Positions 40,500 to 55,073 of a DNA stretch of 64,000 nt are shown here, one piece after another. The stretch is from Octopus vulgaris. Its lineage: Eukaryota. How positions within the stretch are numbered: the first letter of the stretch is position 1; every line of letters begins with the position of its first letter. The notes under the pieces are model-generated. The model saw only the letters and a list, made by a program, of their open reading frames with translations. It had not been told where the DNA came from and searched no databases. Both the position numbers and the translations under genes were made by a program. Location: NCBI GenBank assembly GCA_951406725.2, contig OX597815.1, positions 89,466,001 to 89,530,000 of the forward strand, in the 5' to 3' direction.

Positions 40500-41454
40500 G
40501 TTGCGTGAAGCTTCCTTTGTGGAAGCGGAGGTAAAAGTTTGAAAAGTTATGATGTGCCGTAGCATACTGCTTCACGATATCTATTTATAGACAATATTTT
40601 TTCCACATTACTTATACATTTTGATGAAATAGTTCACCTTGTTCTTCACAAACACCACCCAAGTTCTCTGGAAACTCACGCAAGTAGCTGTGTAACTAGA
40701 GCGATTTAATACTCACCCTACATCCAAGTGTTTGCAAACTCAAGAGCAGCTGCACCACAATCTCTAGATAGTGGTCAGTTTTCCTGTTTCCAAGGAAATT
40801 CCGCACCACATCAGAGAAGGCATTCAAGCTCTAGCCTCTGTTGCTCTCGGTTCATCAAATATTCCTGCCTTCTTCTCATCACTTAGATTTGGAAAGTTTG
40901 TACATATATATCTGAAGCAATCTCCACTCTGATCATGAGTAATTGCTTCATCATACTAAGTTTCAACAGAAGTTTTGTATACTTCGTAGGGATCCCTGGT
41001 ATTGTTCTGGTTTCCAAGTGCTACTTTAAAGTAAGCAAGATACGCCTTGACAAAGTTATTAACCATGCACATTTGAGCCAATGGAATGAAGTTTCTACAG
41101 ATGTAACAGAGATATCGGGGTCATTACAGCACATTCTTCTTTATGATATTTAATTTACAACTAGATCACCGTGATTCAGTTTACACCTGAATGGAAGAGA
41201 TAGAGTTTTAAAGCAAAACCCCGCTTGAAGATATTAAAAATTAGCATGGCAATCCAACCAAAATTCTTGCAAATAGTGGTGTAAAATTAACGTTTGGTAT
41301 GCTCCAGGTAAATAAATGAATATACCGATGGCACAAACATGTAATATGATAGGGCAAATCTAAGGTTGCTTTTGGAATCAGCTCCCCCAAATTAGTCTAA
41401 AACAACTCTAAGATTTTATGCCAGAAAATAAAAGTTGTATTTTGTTGACCAGTG
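40500..41454 (-). mobile_element. Internally deleted Chapaev3-like (CMC) DNA transposon relic
   Basis: Minus peptides CCNDPD, NFVKAYLAYFKVALGNQ, FPNLSDEK-KAGIFD, VVRNFLGNRK, FPENLGGVCEEQGELFHQ; terminus CACTGGTCAACAAAA. Family name is from recalled motifs. Confidence 0.65.
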
Positions 41455-43030
41455 TAATTTATTATCTAATTAATGCATTGTTGAATATAGATGAACCACT
41501 GTAAAATATGCATTTTTCCATATAAATAAATATAACGGAAAAACATTTCTTCTGATGTTATTGAACAACACCAATCAAGTTCGCATCCATCAGTATGAAG
41601 AATTGGTCACTCTCTGATTATTCAAAGATTATTCTAAAACTGGTGATAGAGCTTATAAAACTAATATCGTCAGCAACACCGCAACCCCCAGAGAATAAAA
41701 GTGGAAATTAAATCAACGTAGAATAGGTTTAGCCAAAGTATTGCAACAAGGAACAACAAACTTCAATAGAAGAATTACTAGATCATCGCTCAGAGAATGT
41801 TGACAGAAAACGTATGGTACTTGATGCAGCTGCGCAAGAATTGCTTTATACCATTTCTTAAACCAGAGTATTCAAAAATAAAATAGATAAAATAAGAAAA
41901 GAAAGTAATGGCTACTTTTACCTCGTTATGTACGTTGTCCGAAATACAGGAGCAAAAGCAATTCAATGGAACCGGAGGGCCCAGGTGCATTGAGGCAGCA
42001 TTGAAAAATTTTGGTCATACATGCAACGCGAAATGCAATTGTCATCTACCCTTTCCGCCACCGACGTAGTGTCTAACATAAAGTCTTCTTATTGCAGTAG
42101 TTTGGTTCACTTCAGATTTAAGTTCATCTCATAGTATCATCGAGTAGCATTTGTATAAAATATATATTATTCATGGACGGAGTTTCACCATCACTTGTAG
42201 CAATGTGAAAATTCTTCAATATAATGTAAATTGTCTTTATCATTCTCCTTGTCACAATGTTTGTTGGATCGAGTGCTGCACTGCAAAGATTAATTATAGA
42301 AAGAAATAGAAAAAGACAGCATGGAAATCTTTAGCATAATAAAACAGACTGAGCTATTACCTTTTAAACAACCATAATTATGTGATGTGATCGAAGATAT
42401 AATAGAAATATTCCACGTAATGAAACTGTTATGAAGATCAATAAATCTATGAAATAGAAGAATATCTTTATAACGTGCAACTTCCACAACTCCGGGTAGT
42501 TTTAATTATTACTTTGTAAACTTGTAACATTGAAATAACTACTGCAGCCAGTTCGATAAGTTTGAAGGGAATTTGAGTGTTTAGAAATGTACTAAAGTCA
42601 GGCTTAAGGAAGCAGAAACAAGAAAGTTAATAAACCGTTTACATATCGAATATTTCATCTCGTAAAATGGTGTTAAATTCGTCGAGAAACTATTGCTCTG
42701 TTTTAACTATTGGCACAATATGTGTAATTGTTATTCGTCAGTTGGAAACTGAGAAATAAAGCATTTTTAACAGCTTGGCAGAACAGTTAAAATGCCATCT
42801 ACATTTGTGAAGTGATATAACGATGACTCATAATGCTTCTTGGCATATATTATCAATAGAAATTTTATATCTCCTCGGAAAAACTTTTGTGCACATAAAA
42901 ATATCTCGTATATAAAGCACATACATAGACATAAGTACACTTGAGCACAAACAAATACATACGCACACTACACACTCACACACACATACATTACACACAC
43001 ATATGCGTGTAAGCCTTTAGTATATATATG

Positions 43031-43090
<60 letters not shown>

Positions 43091-44203
43091 TACAATACAT
43101 GTGTGTGTGTATGTATGTGAATGTAAGCATAAAGTAGGAGAGAGACAGCGAGAGAGAAAGAGCGAAAATGATGGAACAGTACAGAACATAATCTCTTACA
43201 TTTTCTGAGCTTAGTCTCCATAGTTAACGGTGTTCTGGACTATAAGTAGTGATTAGTTTCATTTCCCTTCGTTTATATTTGTTAGAAATGTAGGTGCTTT
43301 AATACTCTTCTGTGCTCGGCTGTAGCAGTGCCAATTATAAATAGTGTTCTTGTTCCTAACCATATTAATTTACGGTGGCTCTCTTATATGAATGTGTTTA
43401 AATACTTACAGGAAATACTGACATTCACTACGTAAACCTTTTAATGGCGTTATCATGCAATAATTGTGTTAGTTAGAATGATACAGTACTTCTTAATTCC
43501 TAGGCTTTTCAATGCAAAATATATCGCCATCTAACGTAATATACTCAGTGATTTGCATTTACAGAATGACTTGTAAACGGAATAATACTGTTTCGATATC
43601 TTTGTTATTCATAGCTGCCAGTCCATACATTAGCGAACAATCAAACTGCGGATGCTATATAGAATACAAATGTATTGAAGCTGCCATGCATCTCATATTA
43701 GCTTTTTCCCTTCGCGTTGTATATATTCTTTGCGGAAAGCTTGTTCTTATTTAATAGTCATGTAAAATGTCAATAAAAAACCCTTAATCGAGAGATCATT
43801 CTTGACTTCTGTAGTCATTATTATTTCTCTTTAAGTACTTCTGTACATTTTTTCGAAAACCGTAGTGACATAGCTTCTGTATATAGCGTTCAGAGCGTTC
43901 AAGTCTTTTATATTGATTATTTTCTCTTATCTAAATTGATATTTATCTTACAACCAACACTGGTCATACTATATCTTGAAAGTTGTATATATATTAGAAT
44001 ATATTCAAGGCAATTACTATCAACTTGATAATGATACAAAAATCCGCAATTCACTTTTGTATTGAAGAATGTTTCTTTTATCTTCGATTAACTTGTCCTT
44101 TATTTGTTTCTAAGCGAGGTAATTATGGATGTACGAAATATTCTGTACGTGGTTATTTCCCCCGTCTCTCTCTTTTTCTCTCTCTGTGTCTCTTTCTTTC
44201 TTG

Positions 44204-44258
<55 letters not shown>

Positions 44259-44339
44259 TCTCTTGTGTTTCAGTCATTAGATTTGACCATGTTGGAGCGC
44301 TGCCTTTCATTTTTGCTTGAAAAATTACCCCCATGACTT

Positions 44340-44470
44340 ATTTTTTTAAAGCCTGGTAGTAATTGTATCGGACTCTTTTGCTGAATCACTAAGTTGCGGG
44401 GATATAAGCACATCAATACTCGACTTCAAGTGGTGATGGGGGATAAACACAGACACAAATACACACAGAC
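44340..44470 (-). mobile_element. SINE S2 fragment
   Basis: CTCTTTTGCTGAA.CACTAAGTT.CGGGGA..AAACACAGACAC matches the other S2 copies. Confidence 0.55.
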
Positions 44471-44534
<64 letters not shown>

Positions 44535-44661
44535 AGAGAAAATTCACGAAAAACAAAAACAAAAGACGAAGACAGGTGGTGTAGAAAACAAACAGATGTA
44601 TTAGTATAACGCTAGGGAATTGAAAAAGTCTTTAACGTTTCGACCCTACGCTCTTCCACAG
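44535..44661 (-). mobile_element. Family D element, hammerhead-like motif at 44630-44661
   Basis: CTGTGGA-A-GAGC-gtag-GGTC-GAAACGTT-AAAG; 3' end into (TA)n. Confidence 0.55.
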
Positions 44662-47600
44662 TGAAATAATTACTAATGGCAATGCATTTTTTCCAAACTG
44701 CCTTTAATAATATTCTGTACTTACACCACTAACAGTAATGGATAGAGAAACAGTGCCTGAATAAGTGATGGGTTAAATGTGATGCTGATGAAAGAGAAAT
44801 AATACTGGATAAATGCATATTTGACTATTTTCGATCACATTCTTTACATAGGCGTATGCGCTAATAAAACGTCGTAACTTGCAGTGCTGCTCCTGAATTC
44901 TGTAGAAAATCTATTGAGATAAATTTTTAAATGTGAGAATATTGCACTGCTAACACAAGATAAGACACAATGTTGACTTGCAAACCAAGAATATAGTTAG
45001 TAGTATATCATGGTTGCAAAACGAAATTCTGTGTCCTTGCCAGCAGTTGATGTTTAATATGTAAATTGGTCTTGCATTTGATGTACACTGCCAAAGTTAA
45101 TGCCTATCTAAGCAAATTGTTCATTAATAGTTAATGAGTTCCATGTGAATGTGATGAAAATGTAATAATTCTTGAAATACACATATACACATATTACCTA
45201 GTTTTCTATCCACGATGGCATTATTTACTTGAGCGTTATCATTTACGGAACGTCATAACTTGCTGTGCTAGCTTTGAGTTCTAGAGGTCATCTCTAGAGA
45301 TAAGTTTAATTTAGCTGAGAACGGATAATTCAAAAAGCTGCATAAGGGCCCATCATTTACTCTGTTTATATCGCTCAGTTCCGTCACATGTTCAGTCTGA
45401 ATTTTCAAGTAACACCAGAGTGTATTGAAATATATTTACAATTGTAAAGCATCAATAGCTTTTTAAATGAAATACTCCCTCTGCATTGATAATGCTCTGA
45501 GTAACTTCTTTTTATATGATGTAGCTATTTCATGAAAGAGATATATGGCGTCTGTAAAATATGCGTACAGGCGTAGAGAACCCGTTTAAAAATGCCTTTT
45601 CGACCGTTTCTTCTATAATTATGCCAACTCTTCCAACCTAAATCACTAACTAGTTTCTTTCTTCTGTAACAAATAAGAGAAACTCCTTTTACATACCAAC
45701 TTAGCGTTCTTCACACCAGATTACAAAGTATATATTATAACACGTGGAATATAGCTTGTACAGTAATTCTGGATTGATAACAACAACACCAACACCAATA
45801 TGAACAGAGTAGTACTACGACACGGGAGTTATTTAAGGTGGTGTAAGTATTCCTCTCACTTCTACCTATTTGTGTTTTGTTGCTTCAACAGCTATTACAT
45901 TCTCAAAAGTAGACAAGTATTTTCAACTCTAAAATAAGGTTGCCACTCCATTTTTTCTAATACAAATATTCTAATACACGTGAAAGAAACATAATCTAGA
46001 AAACTAAAAGAGAATATTTCTTTATTGACACTGCTCTCGCGTGGTGAATATTCTTCCTTTAGCTGTCAATTTTAACTGCTATCATTTTGACTACCGATAA
46101 AAGTTATCTACTATTCTGAGATCAGTATTCTATATCATCAGTTAAATATTCTTAATGGTCACCATTTCCCTCTAGCAATTTCACCTGAAGCTGATGTGCG
46201 CATTTATTCGTACCGAGAGTTCATTCAGTCGCCATCACGAATTACATATAATTTTTTTTTAACGACATTTATTGAATTATGTTTCAGTTGCTGTGAAGAA
46301 TGAAATTGAGAGAAGAGATTGATAAAAACAATAGTTTCAAAAAGAATAATCCCTACATAATGCTGTAAGTACTTAATTTTTTTTTGTGTGTGAATGTGTG
46401 TGTATGTGTTGTATGTATGTGTATGTGTGTGTGTGTATTTGTGCGTGTTTATATGTCTTTTCTTATTTCATGTGCGGTAAGTGCTTCGTTAAATTAAATT
46501 CATTTCGTTTCAAGTAAAAATTTGTTATATCAGTAAAATATGCTTCTTCACTCGTATAGTTGTTGAACATCTCCAATTATTATATACGCGGTAGAACCAT
46601 ATATCGTTGATATATCTCTAACCAAACCTTCCCACAGAAACTTCCTCTCAGCACCATTCATTTCCACGCTTACATCTGTTATTTTACAAATACGCAATCG
46701 AATTTTGTGTCACTGATATTAAATGTATTTACATTTAGTGGAATTAAGCTCTTAGATATAATAATCTTTTAATACCACGTTACTGATAACATGTTGTTAA
46801 ATACACATTTACTAGCTTCCATATTACCCATTAGTAAGTTAATAAGAGTATACTGAGATAAAGGTGATTGGTTATAATATTCCATGTTATATAGTGTTTA
46901 CATTAAATGATTATTAAACAACATTCAACGCACGTCATTAAAGATATGCAATTTGTGGGGAAATTTTATTCACCTCTTTATATACCATATTCATATGAGC
47001 AAATATTATTTTGAACTACTGCTTTCGTTATCATTCTACCAGAGAATGCTGCATTCTTGCCTTCTTATCTTGCTTTATTTCATTTTATTTTGTGCTTGAT
47101 TTGTTAGATCTTTTCTTTTGTGAGCTCTTCCATTTCGTGTTTGTTTTCTTTTCACGTAGGTATTTTGATGTTCCTCCACAACACTATAATTTTCTCTGCA
47201 AGCTACCAGCGGTGTTTTAACTTTATATTCACCGGCCTTTAGTCTAAACGTCAGGTTTGTAAACTCTGAAGTTAAATTATGCTGAGCGTAGAGACATCAA
47301 GCGTTCAGATTTCGCATACATGCATGACATGTAAACAAATCTTAGAAGATTCTGCCAACTATCTTAAGTCAGTTATTAGTCGGCAAACGTAACACAGTAT
47401 GATATATACTTCTATAGATAGAGAAAAAAACACACACATATGCATATTCACCCTGATACTGAAACATGTAAAACACATAAGTTATTTTGGCGCTACCCAC
47501 CTTATGAACGCAGACAACAACACGTACACACATACACACACCCAACACATATACACATACACTCAGGCACACACACACAAACGCACGCACGCAGGCACAT

Positions 47601-47769
47601 GCACACAAACACATAGATACACACACACAAATAAGCACACGTATATTACCATGTATGCCTTGCAAAATATGCAAGTATCCGTATACATTTGTCTGAAAAT
47701 ATATTTATTGAGCATAAAAATATATGTAAATATATACTTCTTATGTTGCACTTGATAATATCAATAGAG

Positions 47770-47907
<138 letters not shown>

Positions 47908-49678
47908 CAAATATATATTTATCCACTCTTTTCTTTTACACGTAATGTGCTTCCCCATTTATTCGTATTTGTGCAGTGATTAACATATTATGCAGTTTAA
48001 GATTTCTACTACCTGTAAAATATAGGTTCTTTTGGTAAATAAAACAAACAAAACATTTGTCGAAGAGAGCACACACAGTGATCATACTTGTGTTGTTAAT
48101 GCTGCCTCTGATGTTGCTACTGTTTGTGATAAAGGTAATAGGGTTGTTGGGGATTGAGGCCTTTCTTGTGGCAATGACGATGATGATGATTATGATGATG
48201 ATGATGGTGGAATCAGTGGGAGTTGGGAAATTTGGGACAGTAGGGAAGGAATGGAAAAATTATCACATGAAGACGATGAATTGAAAAGCGAAAAAGGGTA
48301 AGAAATTAAAGGAAAATAACAAGGACGGAAAAAGCAAGATGAAAAGGAGAACGAGGATATGATTATAATAATAAAGAGGAAAAAGAAGAGAAAAAGCTTT
48401 AAGAATTGAAAGAAGAATATAAAAGAGGTTCGATCAACAGGACGTTGATTAAGAGATAGGATAATAGCATGCTCCAATGGAAACGAGCCAAGAAAACCAA
48501 TTTCGATTTCCTAATATCCAGCAGTTTGTGGCGGCGGTAGAGAATAGTATGAAATATTATTCTCAATAAATAGCGTTGAAGGCTGCCAATGACCTGCGAG
48601 GTCACTATCAATATAACCAGGAAAGTTACAATAAGAGAAATAAAAAAGAAGAAATATAATCGAAACCAGAAAAAAGTATTACGTAGAAAAATATAAAAGA
48701 ATGCTTGGGTGTGTATGTATGTATTTACCTACGTACCTATCTACTGAAACACACACATATATTTGTACGTCGGTACATATATATATATATATGCATGCGT
48801 TTATAACATAAAAATAAAATAAAAGCTATAAGACATAAATGATAAACAGTGACATGAAAATATAATGCAAAAAAACACACCAACTATTGGTAAAATGAAA
48901 CAGAAAAAGGCAGCAGAGAGAGAAGAAGGGTGTGGGGAGTGAAGATATAACTTTCAGAAGCCAAATAAATAAGAACGTAAAAGTTACCAAACGCATTTCA
49001 TGGACAACAATATAAGTAAGAATAACAACTACAGCCACACCAAAAACAACGTGAACAATGGCTGTGATGACAAAGAGACCAACAACAGCTAGAAGATATA
49101 TAGTTCGTTTCGAATATGACTTGTTATATCAATCGTTGTTTGGATAAATACATCTTATTCATTGACGTTTCTGAAAAGTTTACCCATCGCCCCCATCTCA
49201 TAAACTTATACATGTCTATATTCATGTTTAGTTTTTCTTGACTTTTGTTCAATTCGCTATGCTAACCTATTATCTATTGGTTTAAAGTTAATTCTTTCCA
49301 CGTATTCCCACCATCTCTATGTCTTCTCGGTATCATCGAACCTATTCTTGTATTCTTAATAGAATCCAATAGGCACATAAAATTCGCACACTCACATGCA
49401 CACACAAACAAAAACACAAGCACACACACTCTCCCGTTCACATATTTACTTTTCTTTCGCTTTTAAGTAATACATTTAAATTATTCTTCTATCATGATTC
49501 AGAGAATAAATATAAAAAAGTAAACAAATGCAGAATCTGTGAAAGAGATTCAAAACCAATGGGGTTTGATTAATTTAGAAGATTTATGCGGTACAAAATC
49601 GTCTGATATAATAAAAGCAAAGGCTGCAGACATTTACTGCTACAGATGTTGATATGGATATTGGATAGCTTACTAATG

Positions 49679-49743
<65 letters not shown>

Positions 49744-49821
49744 CAGAAAGAGAAACAGAAAGAGAGAGAGAGAGGGAAAGATATATAGATATGCAGGTAT
49801 TTATGCATGTCTGCGTGTATA

Positions 49822-49952
<131 letters not shown>

Positions 49953-50586
49953 GTGTGTGTGTCTGTGTGTATTACAGATAAACTTTCGGCTAATGACAAC
50001 AATACGTATATACAATAAGTGCTTAGGTTGCTTTACCACTAAAACTCCGACTTAAACTGGAATGGTATTTATATTTCAAAGATAGCCGCACAGTTGTTAG
50101 AGTAAATGGGATTAAAATATTGTGCAATAACTTCCTTAACGCTATTTCCAGAGTAGCTGGGCATAAGGTGCATGTATTCGTTAGCAAAATTTTCCATATA
50201 ATACCCGATAATATCCCGTCTTCAGAGACGAAGAATTAAGGAATATTCTTCATAAAGGGATTTTAGTAGTTACCTGTCACATCGCCGAAGAATTAACGTA
50301 TATCCTTTATTAAAGGCATTCCCTAATTCTTATTCCCTAATTCTTCTACTGTGATGATTGAAGTAGTTGGCTTGATATGGAAGTATCAATGAGTTATTCA
50401 CCATATGCGCAGCTACCCTAGAAAGAGCTGTAAGAAACTTTATGCATAACGTCTTACACTCTTATTCTGTAATTACGTTTGAATTAAAAATTCTACGATC
50501 TAAACAGATACTATAATCTAAACAGATACTATATGTTTTGCCTTTTCATTTCTTCTTTCTAACATATATATACATACATACATACA

Positions 50587-50660
<74 letters not shown>

Positions 50661-50663
50661 ATC

Positions 50664-50985
50664 TGTAAATGTAATATGTGACAATTATTCGGTAGCCAAG
50701 ATAAAATTCCGAGTTTCGGATGCCGAGGTGGAAATTCACGCCGCCATCTCTTCAGTTACATATATATATCCCTATTTGGTGGTTTGAGTTTTCTACTACC
50801 CTTTCTAGCACAAGGCATTCCTATTTGGAAGCCTCTTATTGTATTTATACACACACACATATATATATATATAGCGTTGTTCCAATGGATAAATGAAGAG
50901 GTGGCAGCGTGAATTTCCACCTCGGCATCTGAAACTCGGTGATTTATCTTGGCTACCGAATAATTGTCACATATTACGTTTACAA
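50664..50985. mobile_element. Inverted pair of decayed hammerhead-bearing fragments (family G)
   Basis: 50664-50754 is the reverse complement of 50893-50985. Minus copy: CTGAAGA-GATG..CATC-C-GAAAC-TCGG. Confidence 0.55.
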
Positions 50986-51606
50986 ATAAATTCCTCTATA
51001 CACATACTATCGAGGTTTCTTTCTTTCTTTTGTTATCTCACCGTTTTTATCAATATATATATATATATATATATCACAATCAAGGAACGGCCATAATAGG
51101 CCATTCACCCACTAGAAATAACAGCCAAAGCTTCAACCGCAAAACAATATTAATTCCCCAAACCAGGAGAAAATTAAAAAAACATTTACCCTGTAGTTTC
51201 TTATACGATGCACCGTTTCATCTATTGTTTAATGGCAAACTAACCTGATTAAATTAAATCAAGCTAGTCTTCCATAGGCCGATAGATTCGTCAAGTAGAA
51301 CAGCCAGATCGGAGCAGATATTTTACACGAGGCACTTCTATCCCTGCCTCGGCAATATCTGACCTAAAATTTTCAAATCATCGCACTCGCGCCAAATTTA
51401 TCGGCAGCAAATATAAGCCGCCGATTCCATTACGGAATTAACCAGAAAATTCATAATTAATCAATATAGGGTGGCAAAAAATTTCGTAGAATTTTTTGCC
51501 ACCAGCGGCCTAGTGGGAAAAAATTAAATAGTCATAGACCATTTATAAATTCAACATCACAATCAAGGAACACAATTCTACGAAATTTTTTGCCACCCTA
51601 TATTGA

Positions 51607-51648
<42 letters not shown>

Positions 51649-53121
51649 GAGACATTTGTATTCGTATCCTCGGACATGTAACAACGCACAAATACATGCG
51701 TCCTACAATTCTATGTTATATCACACACGTCTGTTAGGAGAGTTAATTTCTTCCGAGGGTATTGCGTCGCTGAAAAGCATCCCACGACCGAATGTACTTG
51801 AACTTCTTCAATATTACTTGACTTATATACATACAGAAACACTCACTCACTCATGCACACACACACACATTTAGGAATTATAGTCCCGGGCACAGTGGTG
51901 GATATGCAAAATTCTAACAATAGAAATACCTTTGGCTGTACTTCTGCTTCTCTGGAGCTGCTAAGCAAAGCAGCAACAAAAGAGAACGCCTATCTCCAGA
52001 CATCTTTCATAATAGAAATCATAGGCCACCTCTTGCTCACTTCTCATCAAATAATCTTCATAAGTAAAGGGGTTATAATGAGTACTACGCTTAGAGATAA
52101 TCTACGCCGAAAAACTGTACTTCATTCGGTCATATGTTTTGCCAATCAGGGAGGATAACGGCATAAACGAAATAGCAGATTTAGTATTGTCGAATCCGTC
52201 ATCGTCCCATAGTAAACGTTAAAAATGATATTAGGAGCATATAATATTTATTACAGTATTCTTGAGTTAGGAAAATGTACAAGGACAACGTAGAACTCAT
52301 ATCAACATGACAAAGTGAACTCAAGTAAAAAATAAACACAGTGGACGACCCCAACCCGGAATATATTTCATATGACCGAACACTAGAAAAAATTTCATAA
52401 GATATAGTCATAATAAAACAGACTTAGCTATTATCCTTTCAGCAACTATATAATATTCAATTTTATCTCTACAGGTTTTCTATAAAAGACACTGCCAGCG
52501 TTGAAAGTTACGACGTTTCATATACAAATACGTTTGCATAAACAATGGAATCGGAGATAGAAGAAATTAGTAATGGGTGTATACGCATATTTCGAGAGTT
52601 ATTGCTATTTCATCAGCACCACATCCAACCCAACAACAATCCACAAACCCACTGTGTATATACCTACAAAGTTTAGTGCTGCAGCGCTATTGGATAAACA
52701 AATTTACATATTAAACGCATTCCTGGAAGCTGGTTAATAAACATCAATAGCTAGCAGGGATACAGTATTCCGTTTTGCAATCATAATATACTAGCACTAT
52801 ATCCAAGATTTACAAGTCAATATTGTATAGTATTGCGCATGTGTCCGACCGCGAACACGAGTGTAAAGTCCATTTGTAAAACTTCAATACATCAGGTAGT
52901 ATATTCTGCCTACAAAGTAAAAAGTGTCCTTCTTAGCAATTTAAACATAATATTTAAATGAGCTTACTTTATTAATGGTGTCGATATCTGAACAATATAT
53001 CATTAATAACAGCTACATAGATAAAATAACACAGCTTATTCTCGACTTACTGACACATTGGTATATTATATCCTCTTTACAAAAACATATTTCTTTCTGG
53101 GTTCAGTTAGCATACGAGGCT

Positions 53122-53126
<5 letters not shown>

Positions 53127-53207
<81 letters not shown>

Positions 53208-53563
53208 AGCCCTAGCTCTATCCCTCTCTATCTATTTATCTACTTATCTATTTGTCTGTCTGTCTATCAATCTACCTGTCAATGTATGTTTGCGCATATA
53301 TATATTTCTGCCCGTCTGACCGACAGTGTGGTTCTATATCTATAAATTTCATTTTCTAACTCTAGTACACCGCCCCCCCCACACAGATACACACACACAC
53401 AAGTGCACATATATGTACACACACACGGATACGCACACAAACACGTGCACATATATGTACTCACATACACATATGTATCTTTATACATGTGCACATGTAT
53501 ATATATATATATATATACATATACGCATACATATATATATACATATACACACACACATATATA

Positions 53564-53617
<54 letters not shown>

Positions 53618-53837
53618 AAAATACATACATATATATATACGCATCCATACATAGATGTATATATATATACACATACATATATATATACATATACATATAT
53701 ATATATATGTACATATACATACATATACATATATATACATATGCATACATATATATATATACATATATATATATACATACATACACATACATACATATAT
53801 ATATATATACACACATACATACATACATATATATACA

Positions 53838-53925
<88 letters not shown>
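53127..53925. repeat. Long compound (CT)/(TA)/(CA)/(CATA) low-complexity tract
   Basis: Read directly; source of several spurious ORFs. Confidence 0.9.
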
Positions 53926-53930
<5 letters not shown>

Positions 53931-54996
53931 TATAGGGTGAAATTAATTAATTTGGAATAATCATTAATTTCACCAAGTAGATTTCGGCATGTAAAAGCCT
54001 CATTCGAGGAAAGTTTAAGTAATACTAAGTAATTAAGGGTTTAGCAACGATTTGCCTCACCACACACCGAATTTAGAAATAGCAGTCAAAGAGTTATAGC
54101 TATTCTTTCTACTAAAAGGGAGATCTCAGTAAAACCACAGCACTTGAAAGGCAAACACAGACAGGCAAGAGAGAAAGAAATGACGGCAATCTAAAACTTA
54201 ATTTCGAAACGTACGTCCGTAGGTGACTTAAAATTGTATGATAGATTGCCGTCATTTCTTTCTCTCTTGCCTGTCTGTGTTTGCCTTTCAAGTGCTGTGG
54301 TTTTACTGAGATCTCCCTTTTAGTAGAAAGAATAGCTATAACTCTTTGACTGCTATTTCTAAATTCGGTGTGTGGTGAGGCAAATCGTTGCTAAACCCTT
54401 AATTACTTAGTATTACTTAAACTTTCCTCGAATGAGGCTTTTACATGCCGAAATCTACTTGGTGAAATTAATGATTATTCCAAATTAATTAATTTCACCC
54501 TATATTATTACTGATAACCGTATTTCATCCCAGTAAATGACCACAACATCTTGTCTTGGCTGCACGCTGGTGGGAGGGGGTTGGTGACACAAACTTTCAT
54601 TCACACTTTGAATTTGGTGATACTGGTAACGGCTTTAGCTCGCTCTGATACTGAGTTGAGATGATGCCTTCTAGTACCTCGAAATTTAATATACAATTAT
54701 TCATAATTGTAGTGTCCTACGCTGATGAGAAAAGAAGTTGGGTAAGACATAATTATCTAATTCTTATGTTTTCCTAAAACTTAATTTCGAAACGTACGTC
54801 CGTAGGTGACTTAAAATTGTATGATAGATTGCCGTCATTTCTTTCTCTCTTGCCTGTCTGTGTTTGCCTTTCAAGTGCTGTGGTTTTACTGAGATCTCCC
54901 TTTTAGTAGAAAGAATAGCTATAACTCTTTGACTGCTATTTCTAAATTCGGTGTGTGGTGAGGCAAATCGTTGCTAAACCCTTAATTACTTAGTAT
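53926..54996 (+). mobile_element. Retrozyme-like family F, about 1.4 monomers (583-bp unit) plus a 268-bp inverted 5' arm
   Basis: 54191-54413 equals 54774-54996. 53926-54193 is the reverse complement of 54242-54509. Both ends lie in (TA)n. Confidence 0.82.
54716..54806 (+). ncRNA. Canonical type I hammerhead ribozyme (family F)
   Basis: CCTACG-CTGATGA-GAAA..TTTC-GAAAC-GTAC-GTC-CGTAGG; predicted cleavage after C54800. Confidence 0.87.
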
Positions 54997-55001
54997 ATAT
55001 A

Positions 55002-55073
<72 letters not shown>

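Noticed and set aside
51853-52158. 101-aa ORF as a possible host exon
   Set aside because: Starts in a (CA)n tract; no domain or splice support.
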